Positions 28,188 through 35,973 of a stretch of DNA of 64,000 nt are shown piece by piece. The notes under the pieces are model-generated. The model was not told where the DNA came from, searched no databases, and worked only from the letters and a program-made list of their open reading frames with translations. The DNA is taken from the UHGV virus genome UHGV-1374697. One strand, 5' to 3'. The DNA comes from a virus. How positions within the stretch are numbered: the stretch's first letter is position 1; the number at the start of each line of letters is the position of its first letter. The translations under genes were made by a program, and so were the position numbers.

Positions 28188-28559
28188 TTAGACGTAATTG
28201 TTCAGTAGTCCGTAAATCTTTTGGGCACTCTGCTCGAAGTCCTCTGCCAGTTTCCTTAGCGCGGGTTCATTCCCGGCAATGGTGTAGAGGTAGGGAACGA
28301 TGTCATGTAGGATGACATTTCTGTACAGGATAATGCAATTAGTAGAAGTATCGGGCAACACGGGACGCACCAACATGGGCTTTACCTTCCAGTCGCGGCC
28401 ATGTAGTCCGAGATAGGTTTCAATGAAACTGTCGGCAATGCCGCCCAATTCTTCTACCGCATCATCGTATCGTTCATGATGGAATCCACTACTTGTCTGG
28501 TAATGGAGGACCTTCAGGACGGGGTAGAGTTGCAGGATGTGGGATAAATCTAATTGCAT
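28188..28559 (-). CDS. hypothetical protein
   Basis: 123-aa ORF. Confidence 0.4.
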   Translation of the reverse strand: MQLDLSHILQLYPVLKVLHYQTSSGFHHERYDDAVEELGGIADSFIETYLGLHGRDWKVKPMLVRPVLPDTSTNCIILYRNVILHDIVPYLYTIAGNEPALRKLAEDFEQSAQKIYGLLNNYV

Positions 28560-28561
28560 GG

Positions 28562-29014
28562 TTAGATGATTTGAAGTGTGAAGGGGAAGGTGCGGGTCCA
28601 GTCAACCGTATTGGAGAACTCAACAGTCATCCAGTAGGTCCCGGCAGGATATTCGTCAGAATCTAATTCAAAGATGTCCGTAGGAAGGATAATGGTGTCA
28701 GCAGTGCCTCCGGGTTTCTCCGGGGACGTCATGCCAGACGCGACTGTCTTCCATACAGGCAAGGCTCCGGCGTTGAGCGGGGCTAACTGAATCTTCCATG
28801 TAAAGGGGTTTGACAGGGAGATGTTGCCAAGAAGAGCCGAGGCATGGGAGAAATTAAACCAGATGTCTCCCTTAAATCCCGCACCAAGAGGGAGGATAAG
28901 AGAGGACATTCCATGCTGAACTTCCAACGTGGGATTTACGCTTACCTGTTCGTAGTTCGCCTTGCGAATGAACTGTCCGAGGCTTCCGTCAAAATATAAT
29001 TGGTTGGTATTCAT
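28562..29014 (-). CDS. hypothetical protein
   Basis: 150-aa ORF. Confidence 0.4.
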   Translation of the reverse strand: MNTNQLYFDGSLGQFIRKANYEQVSVNPTLEVQHGMSSLILPLGAGFKGDIWFNFSHASALLGNISLSNPFTWKIQLAPLNAGALPVWKTVASGMTSPEKPGGTADTIILPTDIFELDSDEYPAGTYWMTVEFSNTVDWTRTFPFTLQII

Positions 29015-29028
29015 GGTGTGAATGAAGA

Positions 29029-29706
29029 TTAAATATTCTGTTTGGGTTTGTCAACATTAATCTGCACGCGGCGCGGATAATCCGCGGAGCATGGGGCGGT
29101 GCTTGCGCTCTTTTCCCAGCCGCGTTTCACGGCAATGTCGAGAACCTCCTTGTCGTATTGGTAGTCGAGGCTCACTCCGAAGTGTCCAGCGAACGCGTCA
29201 TGATAGACATAATAGATATTTCTCATCTTCTTAATGGCTTTCAGGTCGCTATCGTGCCGGAACCCCCACACACTACCATCAACTATGCTGGTCCATGCAG
29301 GGTAGTCTTCGATGTTCGTCCGCTTCATTCCCATGTATGCGGAGATGAAGATGACATCCTTCTCGGTAGCTATCTGGCTAGCCATAACGTCGAGAAGGTC
29401 CGCTTCGCGCACCGGGCATTGAGTATCGAGCACCATGATGTCCATTCCCGCATGCTCCGCGGCGATGGAGAGGATGGCTTCATCGGGTGCGTCAGGGACG
29501 CGGGCAACGTTCAGCCCCTCCGCTTTGCCCCATGAAAGAACGCCAAGGTCCTCGGACATGACGGTAATGCGCTCGCCGGGGATGTGCAGGGATTTAAGAT
29601 AATTGACCGTGTAATGGATTAGGTTTGATTCCCTCTCCGGCCAATGAAGGGAGGGGTTATACGCGCTAATGATGTAATGGAAGTTATTGTCCATGCCCGC
29701 CATCAT
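29029..29706 (-). CDS. possible glycosyltransferase (GT-A-like), weak
   Basis: N-terminal YIISAYNPS resembles the GT2 IIPxYN element; MVLDTQ could be a DxD-like site. Weak. Confidence 0.3.
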   Translation of the reverse strand: MMAGMDNNFHYIISAYNPSLHWPERESNLIHYTVNYLKSLHIPGERITVMSEDLGVLSWGKAEGLNVARVPDAPDEAILSIAAEHAGMDIMVLDTQCPVREADLLDVMASQIATEKDVIFISAYMGMKRTNIEDYPAWTSIVDGSVWGFRHDSDLKAIKKMRNIYYVYHDAFAGHFGVSLDYQYDKEVLDIAVKRGWEKSASTAPCSADYPRRVQINVDKPKQNI

Positions 29707-29758
29707 ACACAGGAGAAGATTCTGGTCAAGAAATTTTTAATTGGTATGACACAACGGA

Positions 29759-29816
29759 GAACCCACGGAACCCATTGTGACCGTTTGGCCGTGGGTTCCG
29801 TGGGTTCCGTGGGAGT
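29759..29816. repeat. inverted tandem copies of the 9-mer GAACCCACG forming a 13-bp-stem hairpin; likely terminator plus regulatory site
   Basis: GAACCCACGGAACCCA (29759-29774) on plus; CCGTGGGTTCCGTGGGTTCCGTGGG (29791-29815) is its reverse complement. Followed on the minus strand by AAAAATTTCTTGACC. Confidence 0.45.
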
Positions 29817-29865
29817 TTAACGTCCTGACATTTCGATGTACGAAATCGATAAGCCAGTTGTACTG

Positions 29866-30618
29866 CTACATTGAATTGTCAGAAGGAAAGACACATTCAC
29901 GTAACTCCTTCATGGCTAATGCCCTAAGTCTTCTCGGCTTGAAGGAGGGCATAACCATACCGAAGGTGACCACGGAAAAGTGTTTATACTTTTCCGGGGT
30001 TACGGTGAAGCTCATCCAGTTCCATGCAGTCCATCTCGCCGAAGGGGTCGATGGCGTCCAAGGAAACTCTTTAAGAATGTTTTCCTCTCCCACGATAGTG
30101 GAAGCCAGTCGATATATCTCTAAATCTTCCGGAGCCGTTTCTGACCAATCTGTCCAAGACAAAGATTTCTGAAATGCTTGCTTTGCCAGCTTCCCCGTCA
30201 TGGCATAACATGTTCCGTGTATATAGTAAATGTTCTTCCATGCAGTATAGCGTGAGCTACATCCAGCCATGCTCTTCCCCTGCGCTAGCATGTCTTCAAT
30301 CCAGTCCGCAGACAGAAGACAAGTATCGGAATCTAGCTTTATCACAATGTCCTCGTCTCCAACATCTTGTGCTAGGTAGGAGAGGATGCCTCGCACACAT
30401 TCGGGACCGTTAAGATTTCCCCTTCGATTAAATTGGCTTCGCTCATAATGTGTGGCTCCCGCTTGTAGGAACTGGGTTTCTGCGCCTTCCGTACACGGGG
30501 AATTTCCATCATCGACTACAGTAATAACTGCATGAGGGAGAGTTTTTCTCGCGCAACGTACACATTCCAGCGCATCTGGCTGGTCTCTTCTGTAAGTGAA
30601 TATATAGATGTAAGTCAT
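29866..30618 (-). CDS. family-2 (GT-A fold) glycosyltransferase
   Basis: AVITVVDDGNS (hhhVDDGS nucleotide-binding motif) and IKLDSDTCLL (DxD). Confidence 0.55.
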   Translation of the reverse strand: MTYIYIFTYRRDQPDALECVRCARKTLPHAVITVVDDGNSPCTEGAETQFLQAGATHYERSQFNRRGNLNGPECVRGILSYLAQDVGDEDIVIKLDSDTCLLSADWIEDMLAQGKSMAGCSSRYTAWKNIYYIHGTCYAMTGKLAKQAFQKSLSWTDWSETAPEDLEIYRLASTIVGEENILKEFPWTPSTPSARWTAWNWMSFTVTPEKYKHFSVVTFGMVMPSFKPRRLRALAMKELRECVFPSDNSM

Positions 30619-30630
30619 GGGGGTGGGGGT

Positions 30631-31233
30631 TTAAGCAGGACCAAAGACAAATTCAGAACCAATGAATACGGCTCCTCTGTGTAATTGCTGAATGTACCCG
30701 TTGGTTCCTTTTCGAGTTCGAGCTACGGGAAGAGAAAAGAAGGCATCCGGCGATGGCACACTACTTACCATAGACAGACCATAATCATCTCTATTGACGT
30801 TAAGATACCATATAATATCATCATCAAGGGGCGCCCTTTCTCCGCTTGCTACGGGGTGTAAATTTCCGGGAGCACCACCTATGTTAAAAACTGCGCTTCC
30901 AGATACAATAACCCCGGCCACAAACATGACCGCCGCGTTAGGTCCGGAATCCGTTGGGTTATACACGATGGAGAACATGCTCTCTTCCCGGTTGCGCATG
31001 AGGGGGTCATCATTATATACCGGGGTATGGAACGTCCCTATATCACTATCCCCATAGACAGGGGCAATCGGGTCCGGCATTGAATCAAACGGCGGGGCCT
31101 CATTAAACATCTCCGTACCCACGGGAACCGAGGGTACGGGATGATTAAAGAGGTCAGGAGCTTGTGGAATCTCTTGATACTCTTCTGCCATATTATTTAC
31201 AGAATTCCTTGCTGGGAATGATGACAGGAGCAA
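30631..31233 (-). CDS. hypothetical protein
   Basis: 200-aa ORF. Confidence 0.4.
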   Translation of the reverse strand: MLLSSFPARNSVNNMAEEYQEIPQAPDLFNHPVPSVPVGTEMFNEAPPFDSMPDPIAPVYGDSDIGTFHTPVYNDDPLMRNREESMFSIVYNPTDSGPNAAVMFVAGVIVSGSAVFNIGGAPGNLHPVASGERAPLDDDIIWYLNVNRDDYGLSMVSSVPSPDAFFSLPVARTRKGTNGYIQQLHRGAVFIGSEFVFGPA

Positions 31234-31627
31234 CCTCGCTCTTGGGCTGTTCCTGCGTAAAGGTCAACCTTCCGGGGCTAACAATTACACAAGATTCTCC
31301 ATTGCAGATAACTGCACGGTCCTTACTCACATCCGCGTAGGTGCAACTACTCTGCCCCAATGCTCCAAACATGGCTAAAGCTCCAAGGGCGGCACTAATA
31401 ATCCCGGAGATGATAGTCTTGTACTTGCCGGGTACGCCAAGCTGGACACAGTACTTCGCCGTCAGCTGGGCAAAGATGTCAGCCTCTCCCTTGATTAGTT
31501 TGCCCGCCATGTTCATGTAGGGCTTTTTCTTTACCGCGGTGAGCTGGTCCCACGGGGTTGGAAGTTCGGCCATGCTATAGAGCTTGGCCGCGACTTCTGC
31601 CTGTTCATTGAGATTATTCTTTTCCAT
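31193..31627 (-). CDS. small membrane protein
   Basis: Hydrophobic segment IISGIISAALGALAMFGALG. Confidence 0.4.
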   Translation of the reverse strand: MEKNNLNEQAEVAAKLYSMAELPTPWDQLTAVKKKPYMNMAGKLIKGEADIFAQLTAKYCVQLGVPGKYKTIISGIISAALGALAMFGALGQSSCTYADVSKDRAVICNGESCVIVSPGRLTFTQEQPKSEVAPVIIPSKEFCK

Positions 31628-31632
31628 GTTGA

Positions 31633-31986
31633 TTAGATTGTTTGTGGCCGGAAGATGTCACGACAGAAAGTGATACCTTTCGGAGTTAGTTTACTTTTAG
31701 TCTGTCTCCTCGACCCCCTCACTCCCTCGTATTCAATATACCCTTTTTCTTCCAGCTTGCGCAGGATAGAGTAAAGAGAAGATATGGGGATGCGAGTGCT
31801 CTCACTTATTGTAGGATTCTCATGTTTCTGCTCGAAGCCATTGGCGTGCATGTACAGAAGAACACGAACATAGTCGAGAGGGAGCGAAGGGTCAAGAAGG
31901 TCAATATTCAGAAGGAGACCGAGCAAGGCTCGCTGATTGCTCTGGCCCTTCTGTATGGTTCTGGTTGTGGAGTAGGTCGTTCTCAT
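31633..31986 (-). CDS. winged-helix transcriptional regulator (PadR/MarR-like)
   Basis: ISESTRIPISSLYSILRKLEEKGYIEYEG, a wHTH recognition helix plus wing. Confidence 0.5.
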   Translation of the reverse strand: MRTTYSTTRTIQKGQSNQRALLGLLLNIDLLDPSLPLDYVRVLLYMHANGFEQKHENPTISESTRIPISSLYSILRKLEEKGYIEYEGVRGSRRQTKSKLTPKGITFCRDIFRPQTI

Positions 31987-32459
31987 ACGTCAGAGCTATC
32001 TAAACCTAAATGGGACAACAAGTCAACTATGTTGTACGCAAATCGTGTTCTACGCCCGCGAGGGTCACTATCATCACGATACCGTACACGTTGAACTTTG
32101 CCCCGCTTGAAGAGGGTGGTCAGATACGCAGGGGACTTTAGTCCCGTAGATTCCAATGCGGTAGCTACATCAACGTACCCTTCCGGGATATTGTCATATA
32201 GGCCTTTGACCTGCATCTGAATATATTCATTGGCTCCTTCCCCTTCCCAGTACATGGTATGCCCACAACGAACGTGTTTGACCTTCAATCGGTTCAGGGC
32301 GTGAATTACCCACACGGAGCTTCTCCCAATTTTATCGGCAATCTCCCCGGTGGCAATGTAGCCCTTCGGTATGTTCTTTACCGGGGGAGTACTATGCCGT
32401 GGCCTCCGTGGATGTTTCAATCCGGGATGGACGATTAGTCCTCTACTGTTCTTCTTCAT
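31983..32459 (-). CDS. putative HTH DNA-binding protein
   Basis: YIATGEIADKIGRSSVWVIHALNRLK helix-turn-helix-like segment. Confidence 0.35.
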   Translation of the reverse strand: MKKNSRGLIVHPGLKHPRRPRHSTPPVKNIPKGYIATGEIADKIGRSSVWVIHALNRLKVKHVRCGHTMYWEGEGANEYIQMQVKGLYDNIPEGYVDVATALESTGLKSPAYLTTLFKRGKVQRVRYRDDSDPRGRRTRFAYNIVDLLSHLGLDSSDV

Positions 32460-32546
32460 GCAGGGGTAAAGTCGTTGTCGTTATTGTTCTCGATGATGTA
32501 GTAGAAGAGAATACCGAGAAGAAATCCGATTAGTGTGTACATACGT

Positions 32547-32777
32547 TTAGCGTGAGAGTTTCGTTGCATGGTTCAATGCGTCATTGGGAATTAGGAGAAT
32601 TTCATCCGCGGTCGTATATCCACCGTTATATGGTACGACGAAGGAGAATCCATCCGCGATGAGCTTGTCGATAAGCTCTGTGTCCGAGAGGATAGCAAGG
32701 AGAGCTGGGGACATGAGTTTCTCTCCCAGAAGGAAGTTACGCAGTTGTTTAATTTGTCCAATGTATGGTAGGTTCAT
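32547..32777 (-). CDS. hypothetical small protein
   Basis: 76-aa ORF. Confidence 0.3.
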   Translation of the reverse strand: MNLPYIGQIKQLRNFLLGEKLMSPALLAILSDTELIDKLIADGFSFVVPYNGGYTTADEILLIPNDALNHATKLSR

Positions 32778-32874
32778 GAGATAAAATGTTATGCGGCGAG
32801 GTCTCCCTCCGCGATTAGTATTGAGTTAATGGGGAGGACGAATCCTCCCCCGCTAATGGTTGTCCAGTGAGCGT

Positions 32875-34011
32875 TCATTTTTCTTGGGACTTCATAGTTA
32901 ATACGAAGCTATTCCAGCGGGCTACCGCTTCTTCGCGAGTGCGGCCATGAATGGAAATGCTATGAGGAAGAAGCTTGGCCCCGTTGCAGACGACATAGCA
33001 ATGTTCCTCTCCGGGATAGATGGTTTCCCCCACGACCTCCGGGATTTCTCCACAGTAGGGGCAGGGTCGAGGATGGGCATTGCGTTCATTCACGAACCGG
33101 AGTGCCGCTTGCTTCACTCTTTCGGCAAACATATCAACAATATGCTTCGGCACAATGTGCTTCAGCACAATTCCTTCGTCCCCGGAATCCGTGGCTTCCT
33201 CGTAGTTCAGGAGATGGCCCAGCCCTTCGTCGAAACAGGAGAGACAGGGTTCCACAGATTTGTCCAGATTTTTGTACTTACATGTATCACATGTGGGTCT
33301 CATGATGGTCTCTTCCCCATCCTTGTCCTCCGCTTCTTCATATTCCGGGTACTCAATTCCCCGCTCCCGTCGGCAATGTGAGCATGGAGGATTGCAACGG
33401 AGGTTATCCCGGTGAGTGCAAGTATTGCACGGTTCGATGACATCGTCGTTCTCGTCCGTACCTTCGGCACATGGGGTTGCCTCGTCGGGAGTGTAGTTAT
33501 CATACCAGTTGCAGGAGTGACAGGGTTCCACAGACCTATCCAGATTTTTGTACTTACAGGTGTCACAGGTCCGCTTCAACAATTCTTCTTCCTGCTTCCT
33601 CCGCGCAGATTCATCTGGGGTATAATTCTGATAGCCGTTGCAGGAGATGCAGGGTTCCTCTTCGATAGATACCCCCTTATGTTTACATGTCAGACAGGTA
33701 GGACCAGCCATCTCGGCTTCCCTCTGCTTTATCACTTCCCGCTTCATCATCTCCATCTCTACCAATTTGTTGGTATCGGAGGTGAAGCTGGGAAGTCCGG
33801 GAGTGAGAGCACACTTCCGGCAAGGGGATTGCACTATCGGGACATCGCGGAATTTGCAGAGGGAGCACCTCCGTGCATCCTCGCTTGCCGCGGTGTCCGT
33901 CGCTTGCGTGGATTCAAAGTGGCTAAAGTCCTTGTCGCAGGAAGCACAGGGTTCCGCGGTTTCGGGGAGGTGGCTGTATTTGCAGGTCCAACAATTTGGT
34001 TCGTCGGTCAT
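32875..34011 (-). CDS. poly-zinc-ribbon protein (seven CxxC-Xn-CxxC units)
   Basis: Repeated units such as CDTCKYKNLDRSVEPCHSC and CLTCKHKGVSIEEEPCISC. Matching ~50-bp DNA-level internal repeats at ~33250 and ~33522. Confidence 0.55.
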   Translation of the reverse strand: MTDEPNCWTCKYSHLPETAEPCASCDKDFSHFESTQATDTAASEDARRCSLCKFRDVPIVQSPCRKCALTPGLPSFTSDTNKLVEMEMMKREVIKQREAEMAGPTCLTCKHKGVSIEEEPCISCNGYQNYTPDESARRKQEEELLKRTCDTCKYKNLDRSVEPCHSCNWYDNYTPDEATPCAEGTDENDDVIEPCNTCTHRDNLRCNPPCSHCRRERGIEYPEYEEAEDKDGEETIMRPTCDTCKYKNLDKSVEPCLSCFDEGLGHLLNYEEATDSGDEGIVLKHIVPKHIVDMFAERVKQAALRFVNERNAHPRPCPYCGEIPEVVGETIYPGEEHCYVVCNGAKLLPHSISIHGRTREEAVARWNSFVLTMKSQEK

Positions 34012-34129
34012 TTTCTTTTGATGTATTTCTTAATGGTTTCGATTACCCACAGGGTGAATAGGGCGAGGGCGCACAGAGCAATAGCACCCCATGCGAGGAT
34101 GTCAGTAATACCAACAAATATTGTCATGG

Positions 34130-34591
34130 TTAGTCGATTAGTTTAAGGTCAAAGAACATAACGGTGTTGAAGTAGTTAGTGGTCACTCCATCGATAGCTA
34201 CCCAGCCGTCGCTGTCTTCATCATCGTAAACCGCGTACTCCTGATAGGGCATAGGCTCTTCATCGTAGCTTACCCAGCCACGAGGAACGAATTGTACCCT
34301 ATCCCCTCTCTTGAACGGTCGCCGGGGTTTGGCGGCGTTAGTGCAACCAGCGCGGACAGATTCTTCTGGCGCATCTAGAATTTCTTCCATCTGGTTAGCA
34401 GAGGCCCACTCCGCTAATCCTCCCGAATAGCGTACCTTGTACGGGTAGGAAGAACGTTCGTTGTCGATTTCCACGACGCGACCGCAAGGGCCGCCGTTGA
34501 CGCGGACAATCATTCCGAGTTTTACTTCGTTCGTCATGATTAGAATTTGATGTTTGGGTATTCGCGGTAAAGTCGATAGCGGGTCATCCAT
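34130..34591 (-). CDS. hypothetical protein with FKRGDRVQF KOW/SH3-like module
   Basis: 153-aa ORF. Confidence 0.4.
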   Translation of the reverse strand: MDDPLSTLPRIPKHQILIMTNEVKLGMIVRVNGGPCGRVVEIDNERSSYPYKVRYSGGLAEWASANQMEEILDAPEESVRAGCTNAAKPRRPFKRGDRVQFVPRGWVSYDEEPMPYQEYAVYDDEDSDGWVAIDGVTTNYFNTVMFFDLKLID

Positions 34592-35001
34592 ATGTAGATT
34601 CCCACAGTTACATAGTTAGCGAGCACGATAAGGAAGAATCCTTCGGCAAGCCACGCAGTGATGATTGAGAGAACGAGCAAGAAGGGGGCAGGAAGAATGG
34701 AGAGGCACTCCACAATGATGGCTACAATCGTTCCAACTACTCCTGCGATAGTCCACAGGATAGAAGTATTAAAGATGTGGTCATACATTGCTTTCATTTC
34801 TCTACGCTCGTAGAGCGTATATCCTCCTCCCCTCGTCCGGTAGCTATTGGTCTCGATGCCAATGAGCTTCCAGTGAGCTTTCAGTCTCTCGGCCATCTTG
34901 GTGAGGGCAGTACCTCCTAAGCCGCGGAGAGCTACACCCGCAAGCGCGAAAAGGCCCGCAAGCGCGAAGTATTGTGTGGTTGATAGATGCAATGCGTTCA
35001 T
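34540..35001 (-). CDS. polytopic membrane protein
   Basis: Three to four hydrophobic helices. Confidence 0.45.
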   Translation of the reverse strand: MNALHLSTTQYFALAGLFALAGVALRGLGGTALTKMAERLKAHWKLIGIETNSYRTRGGGYTLYERREMKAMYDHIFNTSILWTIAGVVGTIVAIIVECLSILPAPFLLVLSIITAWLAEGFFLIVLANYVTVGIYIWMTRYRLYREYPNIKF

Positions 35002-35019
35002 GATTGTTCTCCTTCATGG

Positions 35020-35442
35020 TTACTCGGCTTGCTCCATTCCCCACGGCCATTCAACTATCCTGCCGGGTTCAATGCTTCGTCCGTCTTCCAACAGGATGCG
35101 CATGGAGACACGGGTTCTTCCTGCAACGATTCCAGTATGCCGACGGAACATACCGTCGAAGTACTGGATTTCGTCACCGGGTTGAAGACGCAGAACCGGA
35201 GGGAGTTCTTCAATAAACTGGCGGGCGGTAAGCCATGCCTTTTCCTTCGCCTCTTCATAATCGTCACTGTCATCTCCCAGCACCGCTAATTCGCAACTCA
35301 TACACTCTACGAACACGTAGTTGCCGCGATGTGCTTCTCTCAATAGGCCGCCGCAGATTGGGCAGAACAGTTGAGGAGGTCCCTCTTCCTCTGGGAATAC
35401 TTCGTCAATAGTAATCTGTTTGGTGTTTGATGTCTTGGACAT
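35020..35442 (-). CDS. zinc-ribbon protein
   Basis: CPICGG...CMSCE. Preceded by the CTTGACAAATAATAAAA motif. Confidence 0.45.
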   Translation of the reverse strand: MSKTSNTKQITIDEVFPEEEGPPQLFCPICGGLLREAHRGNYVFVECMSCELAVLGDDSDDYEEAKEKAWLTARQFIEELPPVLRLQPGDEIQYFDGMFRRHTGIVAGRTRVSMRILLEDGRSIEPGRIVEWPWGMEQAE

Positions 35443-35495
35443 GCCACCACCATATAATAATTTTATTATTTGTCAAGAAATTATTTCAATAAAAA

Positions 35496-35519
35496 TCCCC
35501 GGAGGGATTACCCTCCGGG
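35496..35519 (-). terminator. rho-independent terminator, followed by a CTTGACAA promoter motif
   Basis: CCCCGGAGGG-ATTA-CCCTCCGGGG followed on the minus strand by ATTTTTATT. The stem sequence is nearly the same as the 7710 terminator. Confidence 0.55.
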
Positions 35520-35580
35520 GCGATGTGCTACTTGCGCTTCCAGCCAAGTAAGTCAAGAAGTTCGAGTAAGCTCATGATTA

Positions 35581-35973
35581 TCATCCTTTTGTGAAGAAGT
35601 TAAAGAAGGATAGTGTACCACTATCGGTGAGTACGAACTGGGGATATTGGTCAGGGGTAAATATTTTTGTACCCCCGGAATCCCCGGTAGCCTCGACAGT
35701 CAGAAGGACTGCGGGCACATTGTCCGTCGGGCTGGAAGGGGATGGAATATCTCCCAATCGTGCCCAAACTTGGCACGCTTGCCACTGTTCGTCAAGAGCG
35801 GCAATGGCCTCGATAGCCTTAACCATTGCAGGTATCTGCTCCTTCGGCAACGTGGTCTCGTTGTATTGGTCAAGGTGCGTAAAGCCCAGTGCGTCCGCGT
35901 AGATTACGCTCATAATGAGCTTTGTCCAGTCGCCGGGCTGTGGGAATTGAATTTGTATTTCTGCGTTGTTCAT
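35581..35973 (-). CDS. hypothetical protein
   Basis: 130-aa ORF. Confidence 0.4.
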   Translation of the reverse strand: MNNAEIQIQFPQPGDWTKLIMSVIYADALGFTHLDQYNETTLPKEQIPAMVKAIEAIAALDEQWQACQVWARLGDIPSPSSPTDNVPAVLLTVEATGDSGGTKIFTPDQYPQFVLTDSGTLSFFNFFTKG

